Assembly (NCBI GenBank): GCA_963706955.1
Contig: CAVPOC010000003.1
Coordinates: 128,001-192,000 of the forward strand
DNA length: 64,000 nucleotides
DNA from: an uncultured Verrucomicrobiae bacterium
GTDB taxonomy: Bacteria > Verrucomicrobiota > Verrucomicrobiia > Chthoniobacterales > Terrimicrobiaceae
Reading direction: 5' to 3'
The notes beneath the pieces were generated by a model. The model was not told the origin of the DNA and did not search any database. It worked only from the letters and a program-made list of their open reading frames with translations. Position numbers and translations under genes: made by a program. This document shows positions 32,171 to 43,129 of this stretch, piece by piece; within the stretch, counting starts at the first letter, position 1, and each line of letters starts with the position of its first letter.

Positions 32171-33637
32171 ATGCGCAATGACATGAACAATCAGGAGGGT
32201 GCAGGAGGGCGGTCTTCGATCATCTCGGCCCTGCACCTTCATTCGCCACGCCCTGCGCCCGCCGGTGAGCGGGTTCCCGTCTGGCAGAAAGCAGCCTATG
32301 GGCTTGGTGGTCTGACCGACTTCCTTTATCCAAACACCGTTAACGCCCTGGCCATCCCGATCTACAGCATCGCCTTGGGGATGGATCCTCTCTTATTGGG
32401 CGTCGCGATGGCAGTGCCACGGATAGTCGGAGCAATTTCGGATCCGCTCGCGGGGACGATTTCGGACAATGCTCGAACTCCTTGGGGAAGACGGCGCCCG
32501 TTCATTATCTGCGGCGCGGTGATAGGCGCAATCTTGCTCCCCTTGATTTGGACGCCCCCGGTCGCCAGCCAATTTGGACATTTCACCTACCTGCTTCTGA
32601 TTCTTTCATTGTACGCAGTCGCCTTTTCGATTTTCTCCGTTCCGTACGGGGCCATGGGTATCGAACTGACCACGAATTACGACGAGCGCACGCGCGTGAT
32701 GGCGTGGCGGGGCTATGTGCAACTGGCGGGAACGCTTAGTTCCTCGTGGTTCTATTGGTTTTGTCTTCTGCCGATCTTTGCCAGCGAAGTTGTCGGCGCG
32801 CGCTGGCTCGGCCTGACCGTCGGTGTCATCATGCTGATCGGGGCCGCGACCACCGTTTTGGCCTGTAAAGAGAAGACCGAGATCATCGAGAAGCAACCTA
32901 AGCTGGCGCTCGCAGCGGCGTTGAAATTTACCCTGCGCAACAAGCCATTTCTCCTCTTACAATTGGTCGGCGTCATTCTGATGCTTGGCTTAGGATGCGA
33001 AACTGTGATCGGCAGTTACGTTCACATCTATTACACCTGTCAGGGCAGTAAAACGTTCGCCTCTTACATTACGGGAATCGGGGGAACGCTGACGATTTTC
33101 TCGACTCTGGCGGCCTTGTCTTTCGGGTTGTGGCTTTCTACCCGTAGCGGCAAGCGGCAAACCGCGTTGGTCGGCCTCTGCATCGCGCTGTTTGGGGTAT
33201 GCTTGATGCCGTTCTTGCTCGTGCCGGCGCGGCCTTACCTAATCATGATCGAGTGGATTATCCTCGCCTTTGGCATTCCGTGCGCGAATCTAATGTTCAG
33301 CTCAATGGTGGCTGATATCTGCGATGAGGATGAGCTCGTCACGGGGTTGCGGCGTGAGGGCGCCTATGTCGCCGTTGGCGGATTCTTTGGAAAGACCGCC
33401 CAGGTCGGGACGCTCTTACTTGCTGGCGCCCTTCCCAGGATCGCCGGATATACCGACACCAGCGTGCCCCCCGAACTGGCTGAGCTCGAAATGATGCGGG
33501 CGATGCTCATCGGCATCCAATTCGTCGCGCTTGTCATTGCCATAAGTATTCTCTGGTTTTATCCGCTGACACGCTCGAGATCCGAAGCCATCCGACGTCA
33601 GCTGGACGCACGCAGGCGAGAACTCGCGGAAGGCTAA
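32171..33637 (+). CDS. MFS glycoside-pentoside-hexuronide (MelB-like) transporter
   Basis: KAAYGLG, DPLAGTISDNARTPWGRRRPF, ELTTNYDERT, ADICDEDELVTGLRREG. Confidence 0.93.
   Translation: MRNDMNNQEGAGGRSSIISALHLHSPRPAPAGERVPVWQKAAYGLGGLTDFLYPNTVNALAIPIYSIALGMDPLLLGVAMAVPRIVGAISDPLAGTISDNARTPWGRRRPFIICGAVIGAILLPLIWTPPVASQFGHFTYLLLILSLYAVAFSIFSVPYGAMGIELTTNYDERTRVMAWRGYVQLAGTLSSSWFYWFCLLPIFASEVVGARWLGLTVGVIMLIGAATTVLACKEKTEIIEKQPKLALAAALKFTLRNKPFLLLQLVGVILMLGLGCETVIGSYVHIYYTCQGSKTFASYITGIGGTLTIFSTLAALSFGLWLSTRSGKRQTALVGLCIALFGVCLMPFLLVPARPYLIMIEWIILAFGIPCANLMFSSMVADICDEDELVTGLRREGAYVAVGGFFGKTAQVGTLLLAGALPRIAGYTDTSVPPELAELEMMRAMLIGIQFVALVIAISILWFYPLTRSRSEAIRRQLDARRRELAEG
33487..33531 (+). repeat. 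Left copy of 45-bp direct repeat (inside the MFS gene)
   Basis: Matches 40588-40632 with 3 mismatches; the last 32 bp are identical (GCGATGCTCATCGGCATCCAATTCGTCGCGCT). Confidence 0.92.
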
Positions 33638-33900
33638 ACTGACATGTAAGAATAAAAGCCGATCTACAGGCAGGGCACAAGCGCCTCAAAAAAAGCTCGA
33701 ATCTATTCGTAGCAGGCACATTATTACTTAATTACTTGACACGCCTTCGGCCTTAGAATCAGCACGCCTTCGGTGCCCACCGATGGTTCCCGCATATACC
33801 CCAGCAAGCACGAATGGATTCCATTAGCTAAGTGGCGAAAAGCGCTTCAGCTTATGGTCTCCACCGTTGCGCGGCGGTCTCTCGAAGGTCAGCTACGGAC

Positions 33901-36182
33901 CTAGGCCGCCTCAGATAAGATTAGCGTAAGCCGGACAGTTCTGACGCCCGGATCAACTACGATCGTGTATGTCCCAGCATCTAGCAGAGACACTGCCTCG
34001 ATCTCATTCCCTTCTGCAAAAATCTGAGTCGAAGCCAAGAGCGTCCCATTAGGACGAATGATGGATACTTTTCCGGCAAAAGCGACACTCTCGATATCGA
34101 AACTCACGTCGCTGATACCTAGCCTCACGTGCTGCCCCGCGGTGCCCTCGAAGGTTAGCCGCGCTTCCTGCCCAGGTCTGTCCAATGTGATTGGCACAGA
34201 AGAACCGCCTATGGTGATAGCGCCGGACGCCGGCTCAGAGAGGATCAATGTTAAGCTAGCAGTTGATGGTATCGGGTCGAAAAATACGCCCACAGGCTCC
34301 GCGACAATCGTATGGGATCCGCCATCCGCCAGAGGACCAAAATCGAGATCACCTCCGCTGGTGCCAATGGTCGTCGAAACTAGAGCAGTCTCATCTGGCT
34401 TGAGTATTGATATCAGTGCATTGTTGCCTGTCCCAAAGCTGACCTCAGTGACACCCAAGCTTGCGCGTTGCCCCGCGGCGCCTTCGAACGTCAGTCGTGC
34501 CTGCTGACCCGGCCTGAGAGTTACCGGCACCGCCGGGCCACCGATCGTAAGAGCGCCAGTGACTGGCTCTGACAGTGTCAAGGTTAGGCTTAGAGTATTT
34601 GCGTCTTCCGGATCGACCACGATCGTATAGGTTCCTGTATCTGGCAGAGCATCGGTGTGAATACTCCTTCCCTTGCTGAATACTAATTTCGATTCCAACG
34701 AAGTCCCCGTCAGGAACGAGGACGGAGACCGTAACCGCCTCAGTGCTCGTCCCGAAGGTCACCCCAGCGACGCCAAGATCTACTCGCTGCCCGCGGTACC
34801 CTCGAACGTTAGCCGTGCGTTCTGACCAGGCCTTTCGATGATAATTGGCAGTGGCAGACCACCTATCGCGGTTGCGCCAGTAAGTGGCTCGGACAGCGTC
34901 ACGGTGACGCTGCCAGTTTTCGCGTCTTGGGGATCGACTACGATCGTATAAGTTCCCGTGTCTGGCAGAGGATCTGTGTGAATATCCCGTCCGTTACTGA
35001 AAACCAACGTCGAAGTTAAGGTGATCCCATCGGGGTGGAGGATCGAGACCTCAACAGCCCCAGCACCTGTCTCGAAGCTCACCTCGCTGACGCCAAGATC
35101 TACGCGCTGTTCCGCCGCACCCTCAAAGATTAGCCGCGCATCCTGCCCAGGCTTATCGATGATGAGTAGCACTGATGGGCCATCTATCGCGATCGCGTCG
35201 GTCACCGGTTCGGATAGGGTGAGGCTGAGGCTGCCAGTCAGCGTCCCAGGATCGAGAAGGACTGTATAGGTCCCGGTGTCCGGCAGAGGCTCCATATCGA
35301 TATCATCGGGCCTGCCCACAAGCTTCCTAGTCACCGCTGCCCCATAGGGACCGAGTATGGAAACTTCGAAGAGGCCGGCACCATTACCGAAGCTCACCTC
35401 GCTGATGCCCACGCTCACTCGCTGCGCGGCAGTGCCGTCAAAGACTACAAGGGCAATCTTATTTGGTGTGCCGATTGTAACCGCTTTGCTCTCTCCAAAC
35501 GCGATTCGGCTGGTAAATTCCACATCCGCTGTGCTGAGAGGAGCTGGAAGAACAAAGAAATCTTCACTGCTGACGATCCTGCCAAATGGTGTGCTGATAG
35601 CAACGCGCCCCGATCCTGCTCCAGGCGGAACTTCGGTCTCATCGACGTAACATTCGCAGACCTGAGGATAGCAAGGGTATGATTAAAAGTCACCTTGTTG
35701 TTCGCAAGCGTAGATTCAAAATTCGTGCCAGTAATCGTCACGTGAGTGCCCACGGTGCCAAGACTAGGACTAAATTCTATTATTGTCGGTGCTTCCGGAA
35801 CGGCAGTTGTGGTGAAGCCAATGCTACTCGTGGCCGATCCTGTCGGCGTTGTGACACTGATCGGTCCCGAAGCAGTCCCGGACGGCACAGTGGTAACAAC
35901 CCGTGTCGCTGTCGCCGAGATCACCGCCGCGGGAAGGCCATTGAATGTGACCGCATTCTCGCCCGGTGTTTCGCTGAAGCCGGCGCCATGGATAGTGACT
36001 GATGCCCCTACCGGCGCGCTCTTCGGAGTGAACTCAATAATCGAAACAACAGAAGAACTCCGCCGCTCGATAGAGAGCAGGTTTCCGACGAAATCATACG
36101 TATAGATCCCGATATCGCCGCTTGGACCGGCGACGGCCGTTAGCCTTCTTAATTCGTCATAAGTATAGATAATTTCGGCCAT
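33901..36182 (-). CDS. YD-repeat + two IPT/TIG + repeated beta-sandwich (PPC-like) protein, about 760 aa, split by indels
   Basis: YTYDELRRL..YTYDFVGNL; FTPKSAPVGASVTIHG and FSPSLGTVGTHVTITG; repeats of RPGQxARLTFEGxAGQ...LPDTGTYTIVVDP across ORFs 35445-36182, 34780-35523, 33901-34698. Confidence 0.82.
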
Positions 36183-36227
36183 CGGATTCCATGGTTATGT
36201 GGCGACCTAACATTTCGGTGACCTGGG

Positions 36228-39200
36228 CTACTTCCAAAACTTTCCTTTCAACCACCGTGCGAACCTGCGCCCAAACCACGGTTTGTTACGCTGCTCTAGG
36301 CGCCTCGCTACAGCGTCCCAACCCCTCTCTCTTTGGTAACGCACTATCGCACGGTTCTCTTGCTCCAACTTCTCCCCCTCCGTCGATTCACGCCCAGGGG
36401 GACGGTTGGGATTGTCGCCTTCGCCTTCGCCATTACCACCGGTGGCGGCGCCAATAATTATAACCGGTGCTATACACTCAATCGTTTCCCAAAGAGTTCT
36501 CAGCATCTCCTCCGCCGCATCCATGAGTCCCTTTATGCCTGTGCGCCCGCTCGTCTGCATTTGTTTTTGTCTCTGTCGGGCTTGCCGGATCGTGTCGAAG
36601 CAGCCCGCGATAGTCGTCGCGTCAACGGTGAAGCCCAGGGGATCCGTAAAGTTGGTTGGACTACTTAAAGCGTAGGCGTATAGATTTATATCGCCTCCGG
36701 AGGAACCGACCGGATCTTCGCTAATGAATCGCTGCAACGTGGGACTATAATATCGGGCCCGGTAGTTGTAGAGGCCGGTTCCATCGTTTTCTCTTCCCGT
36801 GTATTGGAGCGGGTTCGGATTGGCCGTTCCCGTGGCAGTTGTCGCCCCGAACGGATCGTACGTGTACTCAGTCTGAAGCAGTCCATTAGAGTCGAGGAGG
36901 CCTAGTGTCGAACCGAGGGCATCGAAGAGCAGCATTTGGGAGCCGTTTGCGGCCGTGCGGATGAAGTACTGCATCGATTTCCAGGCCAGTGAGCAGATTG
37001 ACAATCGGTATTCCACCAGAAAGCTCTTGCACGATATTGGGGCCGTCATAGAGGAATTCAGTTATGGTGCCGTTTACGGTCTTTCTTATGCGCTGGTTAA
37101 AGGCATCATATCCGAAACTCGCGGTAATCTCAGGGCCGCTGATGGAGGCGAGTCGGTTACGTGCATCCCATGTATAGATCCGAACTCCATCACTCGTTAG
37201 GTTGCCGTTGTCGTCGTAGGCAAGATCTGACGTCGCTCTTTGTATAAGCCGGTTCGCCGCATCGTATGCGAAGGAAGCAATTGCCTCGGGCAGAGCAGTG
37301 CGCGCGAAGCTTCCATCCGTCTTGATGCGATTTCCGGCGAGATCATACTGATAGGTCAGATCTCCTAATATGTCGTCGATACGCTTATACGTGACCCTGG
37401 TGAGTTGGGATGCCGCATCATAGCCGAATTCCACAACGATCTCTCCAGGAAGGGTCAGCCTTGTGGACCGGCCGAGAGCATCAAATCCGATGCCTACGCG
37501 CGTTGCCCCCCCTGGGTGATCTCAGTTAGACGGTTCACATCGTCATAAGTGTAACCTACCGGTGGCTGCCCCTGCACGGTCATGTTGGTCCGGCGGCCGG
37601 TCCGGTCATACGTATAGGTTATCGCCCCTTGCGGAGCAGACACTTGGGTCAGACGGTCCAGATTGTCATAGGCGAGCGTTATCGCTCCGGAGACGGAGTC
37701 CACAATTTTCGTCAGCCGATTACCCAAATCATAGGTATAAGTGACTGTGGAGCCGTCTGAATGTGTCGCCTGCGCAAGCCGATTCAATGCGTCGTACGCA
37801 AACGTTGTCACCTGTCCCTTGCGATCCGTAACCCTCGTTAGATTGCCCGCTGCATCGTTCTCGTAACTCTCGGAACGCCCCAGCGGATCCGTCCGGCTGA
37901 CAAGCCGGTCCATGTCGTCGTGAGTGTAACTGGTGACACCGCCACGCGCATCCGTCACGCTTAGAAGATTGCCGTTGGGATCGTAAGCAAATGCCGTCTC
38001 TCCACTCAAGGGGTCGGTCACCTGGGTCAGGCGATTGTGGGCATCATATGCACATCTCGTGGAGTGGCCCAGAGGATCCGTGAGGGTGATCGCGCGACCC
38101 GCGGTGTCGATGTAGCGGGTAGTGCTCGCGCCAAGTGGGTCAGTCATGCCGCTTCGGATGCCGAGATCATAGGCCAATTGCGCAACGTTGCCGAGGGCAT
38201 CGGTGAGGGCAACTGGCTGACCATTCGGATTGTAAGCTAACGTCGCGCTGTTGCCCAGCGCGTCAGTAAGACTGATAAGGTTACCCTTCTCGTCATACAC
38301 ACATAAGGTTGTGTGGCCTAATGGGTCGGTGATGCTCGTCGGTTGATTAAACTTCGGCTCGTATATGAATTCAGTTGTCACCGCCTCGGGCATATCTGCC
38401 AAGCGGGTAATGGCTGTGGCATTCCCCACCGGGTCGTACGTCGTGGCGGTTTTACGACCGAGGGCGTCAGTGACACTTAGCACTAGGTTGGTTACCGGCT
38501 GTCGCTCGTAAGTGGTTGTTTGCTCTTCCGGTGTCCCCAGAGCTCGGGTATCGGTTAGAATGTAGCCGTCGGTGTTGAAGGTCACCCGACGGATGATACC
38601 CCGCGGATCGGTGACAACGGTCTGCGTAATCTTGCCGTTCGCGTCTACTGTGTACTCGAATTGGTAAGTGCTCCCGTCTGCCTGGGTCTGCTTGATGACT
38701 CGGTCTCCATCATCATATTCGTTGGTGAGGAAGGTAATTGCCCTAGCATCCTTGACCGCCAGCATCCGGTTCGAGGTGTCGTACGTATATTCCGTCACCC
38801 CTCCCATAGGATCGGTCACTGTGATCAAGCGCCCATTATCGTCGTAGTCATAGGTGACAACCCGTCCGATATTGTCTCTCGCTTGGATAATCCTCCCATT
38901 GATATCATCCCGATCAAACGTCAACTCCAGCCATAGGCCGTTTGGAGAAATGACCCGAGTCGACCTTTGGATGCTCTCCACCGCCGCGGCCAATTGAGAT
39001 TTTATTACCATGACGATCCCGTATAGATTGCAAGAGGGGAAATTTGATCCTCCTTGAAACGCGTACACGGTCCCATCCTTCGAAGTTAATTCCCAACCAT
39101 CACGGCCGCGATGAATTCTGGATTTGAAAAAAACGGATGGCGTCGCGGTATGTTCAAATACCGCGATGGCTTCCTCGGTTCCTGGTGAGATTCTCGAATA

Positions 39201-40259
39201 ATGTACCCGACCTCCATCCGGCAGTATTAGATCAATCTCTTGGAAGAGTTGGAGATCCGGAAATAGAAACAGCTCATAAAGATGGGCTGATCCGGTGCCG
39301 AAAGGGCCGCAGTCCCTGTGTTTCAAACCCCTGGCGATGGGTTCGGGTCAAGGCGATAGGCATAACGTCTGGTAAGAAAAGGTCGGTTTTCCTGAGGACA
39401 AAAAGACCTGTGCCCAAATCGACCGGGTCATCACCGTCGTCGGTAGTGGCACCGCCGGAGCCACCGCCTACGGCAGTTCCGCCTTTAAGGAACCCAAAGC
39501 TCGCCCCACTCAACTGATAGACGGCCACCCCCTCATCAGGCACGACCTGCTTTCCATTCCGGAGCAACAGTCCCCGTTCCGTAGATGTGCCAACCCTTTT
39601 TGCCCGCATCATGATTCCAGAAATTGACTCGTGTGCCGGGCAGCTCATTTGTGATGTTTGGGTAAATGATTCGTGCCCCGTAGGGCTCGATATAGACCCA
39701 CCAGGTTGGACGGTAAAGTACATGGGAAACCGAGCGGCAAAAGGCAGAGGGAAGGGCGGTCGTTCGACTGGAATCGAGGTGACAGTGATCTCAGTAATTA
39801 TTTGCCCGTCCTTATCACGGATGATTGTTCCTGGTGGCAAATGGAGCTCCCAGCCGGGGATGTTTGGCGTGGTCACTACAACTTCGTCAGAGGTGGGCGA
39901 CGGAATTGCCACGGCATTTGCCGTATCGATTTCGGGCATCCAGATGGTATACGGTAAAACGTTTGTGCGACCTGCCCTCAGGATCGATGCCGACCTCAAA
40001 GACGCCATAAGTCGCGCCCGATTTGCTCGCGGTTCGCCCATCAATGAGCAGCTCATGATGTCCGGGAGAAATGAAGTTAAGAAGAAAGTCGTCCCGTATC
40101 GTCGGTGCGTGTCGCCTCATCCGCAATGCGCAAGCTCACACCCTCGAGCGGCTGACCACTCAGCGTTCGAACTTCGCCAGCTACGGCGGTTACATTAGGA
40201 TCGGCCTCAAGTGGCTGGTGCGATGCGCACGAAGAATCTGGACTCGTTTCCTCTTCCAT
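36228..40259 (-). CDS. Rhs/YD-repeat protein, about 1340 aa, split by several indels; start uncertain
   Basis: Carboxypeptidase-regulatory-like N-part, DDPVDLGTG, many YD repeats, YTGREND, YNYRARYY, RFISEDP, PTNFTDPLG, then a variable tip. Confidence 0.9.
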
Positions 40260-40587
40260 AGCCACACCTTGGCAGCATTCAGATGCAAAGAAAAGTCCGG
40301 CCTTCAAGAGCGTGGTCGACCGAATGTCGCAAGAGCGTGTGCGAAGCTCTTTCCGGTGATATGAACCGGAATATTGCGGCAGAAGCCGAGTAGTAGCAGC
40401 CCTGCGCCAATAGGTGGTGACGTACCTCAGCAGCATTTCCGGGCGCTCGGACAAGCTGGCACATCCATCCTAGAGGTCAGACCTGGTAACCTGAGGGCAG
40501 CTGCAACGAACTGAGGATCTAAATTCGCGCAAAGCTTAGCGACTTCGTCGTGAAGGCGCGGACGGCCTTCGATGTGCTTCGCGCCGA

Positions 40588-40632
40588 CGAAACGATGCAA
40601 GCGATGCTCATCGGCATCCAATTCGTCGCGCT
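40588..40632 (+). repeat. Right copy of 45-bp direct repeat
   Basis: Offset 7101 bp from 33487-33531; here in non-coding context. Confidence 0.92.
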
Positions 40633-40729
40633 CATGCGTCGATCGACATTACAGGCTTAGCAAATGCCCTACAAATGTTCGAATTTATCGACCTTTCTGA
40701 TTTGAGTTAGTTCAACTAAGTGGTGTGTC

Positions 40730-41195
40730 ATGGGAAGCAAAGCTGAAAAGAGTCAAGTATAGATCAGACCAAACGGATCCTGATCGTCGTCACGAACGTA
40801 GGCGAATACGAAAAGGTCGGATACCGAACCGGGCTGTGGCTCGGCGAGCTTACCCACTTCTGGGATGTTGCAGAGGAGGCTGGATTCACGATCGATATTG
40901 CTAGCCCGTCCGGCGGCTACGTGCCGATTGTCCGGCTCAGCACCGGAGAGTATCTGCTGAAAGCCCGCAAGGCGACCGGCTTCTCGTGGCGAGAGAGGAA
41001 CTTGCAAGCGTGCCGAGGCGGTCACCTTCAATTTGGAGGAGGAAATGAAAAAGCGGGGCGCCCAATACGAGAAGGCGATGCTGCCTATACCGCCCATGTT
41101 GTCGAGGAGGGACGGCTGATTACGGTCAGAACCCGAAGAGCGCGCGGGGAGTTGGTGCGGCGGTCATAAAACAACTTCGGAAATCTGACCGGTAA
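40730..41195 (+). pseudogene. DJ-1/PfpI-family gene with internal deletion
   Basis: ILIVVTN...TGLWLGELTHFWD...IASPSGGYVPI joins directly to VRLSTGEYLL..ATGFS...GRLITGQNP; the central part, including the catalytic Cys, is missing. Confidence 0.75.
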
Positions 41196-41627
41196 ATAGA
41201 TCGCACCGCCCACAACGCCGAGCGAGAGCAATCCAAGAGCCAGTTTTGCGGGATGACAATGCGAATCGAGGCGCGCGGCGTCCGCACCTAACCGTCGCAT
41301 CTGACCAAGGCTTTGGCCGGACAATCGGATCGCTTCGAGGTCCGCGTGAAGCGACTCACATGAGCCAGGACGCCGATGCAAAGCTGCACGTCGCGTAAGG
41401 CAACTTTTCGTTCCTTGGCGACTGCGAGCCTCAAGAGCGCAAGCAGGACGTCTTTCAGGTGCGGAAGCAGTTGGCGAAAGGCCGCTCCAACTCTGCGGGC
41501 GTGGCGCACATGCCCGCTGAATAGGGCTGGCCGCGCAAAAAAAGGCGGACGGCTTGGGCGTCGGCCAACCTTCCCACTATCTGCAAGTTGGCCGCGGGCG
41601 CGATTCAGGCTACCTTGAGCGCCTACT

Positions 41628-42393
41628 ATGAAAATCTTTGAAGACAAGACGGTCATCATCACCGGAGGCACTTCGGGCATCGGCAAAGCAACTGCCCTGG
41701 CCTTTTCCCAAGCAGGGCGCGAACGTCGTCGTTTCAGGTCGCCGCATTTCTGAGGGGGAAAATGTTGTCAGGGAAATTACTTCGGCTGGGGGAAATGCCC
41801 TCTTCGTGCGAACCGATGTCAGCCGAGAGGATGACATCATGGCGCTTATCGAAAAGACCGTTGCCACTTTCGGCGCTCTACATGCTGCGTTCAACAACGC
41901 CGGCACCGAAGGCCAATTCGGATTGCTCACAACCGAGCAGACGGTGGAGCACTATCGGCAGGTTTGTGACATCAATATTTGTGGCGTGTTGCTGTCGATG
42001 AAACATGAAATCCCCGCGATGATTCGCTCTGGCGGAGGCTCTATCGTCAACACTTCGTCGGTCGGCGGGCATGTCGGTTTTCCCGGAGCGTCGGTTTACG
42101 TCGCCAGCAAATTCGCCGTGATCGGCCTGACCAAGACAGCTGCGCTGGAATTCGCCAAGCAGGGAGTTCGCGTCAACAGTGTCTCGCCCGGCCCCATCCA
42201 AACTGAAATGTTCGACCGCGCGTTCGGCGAAGGTCAAACCGACATCAAGAAATCGATTGCAGCGCAAAATCCGCTTGGCCGCGTTGGCACGCCCGAGGAG
42301 ATCGCTGGCGCAGTCCTCTGGCTCAGCTCTCCGAACGCGGCGTTTACGACCGGCCAGGACATTGTCGTGGACGGTGGCTTTACCGCACAATAG
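41628..42393 (+). CDS. SDR oxidoreductase (indel ~41703)
   Basis: MKIFEDKTVIITGGTSGIG in one frame; FNNAG, YVASK, VDGGFTAQ in the next. Confidence 0.9.
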
Positions 42394-42510
42394 ACGATGG
42401 TTGGGGCATCGTCCGCACTCGCCCATTTTGGATGAAAGAATGATTCCGGTCGGATCAAGTTCGTTACTCTAAAATCGCGCTCACTAGACTCGAGCGTCAT
42501 CGTCTAACTG

Positions 42511-42756
42511 AAGCGCCAACGGCGCGGCTTCAATAAATCAGCCTGGGGCAACGCCCCAGGGTGTCAGATAGGATAAGCAGCGCTGTAGGCGCGATTCATC
42601 TGAAGCCGTATTCACCGTACGTGGCGTCATCACAACGACTACATCGAATGAATGCGTCCACGGGACTATGAGTCGCGCCTTCAGCGCTTGATTTATAGAT
42701 GTCCACATTCCTGGGGCGCTGCCCCAGGCTAATATGAAGGCGCGCCGTCGGCGCTT
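42511..42756. repeat. REPIN-like compound inverted repeat, about 245 bp
   Basis: Three nested arm pairs: AAGCGCCAACGGCGCG/CGCGCCGTCGGCGCTT, AGCCTGGGGCAACGCCCCAGG/CCTGGGGCGCTGCCCCAGGCT, AGCGCTGTAGGCGCGATTCAT/ATGAGTCGCGCCTTCAGCGCT. Confidence 0.85.
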
Positions 42757-43129
42757 TACCAAAACAGAATGGAAAGTTGTGGCACTGGCTTTCGATTGCA
42801 TCCAATCTGTGATCGCATGCGCGCATGCCAAAGCTCGCTGGCCGCATTGAGCGACGCCCTCCATCGCAAAAGCATTAGTCCGAGAGCAAAAAGGCATGCA
42901 AAAGATGCCTGGCTGTCTTGGTGCCGCCCGGCGGGAGTCTATCGGCTGAGTTTTGCTGGAAATACGGCGATTTTGGCGCAAGAGCGAACGCGAACCGAAG
43001 CTGCGCCGCGACCCTAGATACTACGCGACAAGTCCCTGATAAAAGAGATTGAGCATTTTCTCTGCCGTTGCATTTGACGAGTTTCATAGTCCAGAGGCAA
43101 ATTGAAGACCGCGACAACCGAGGAACATC

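Noticed and set aside
33736..33775. TTGACA plus two CACGCCTTCGG copies at the island's left side
   Set aside because: Too short, and no properly spaced -10 or downstream plus-strand gene.
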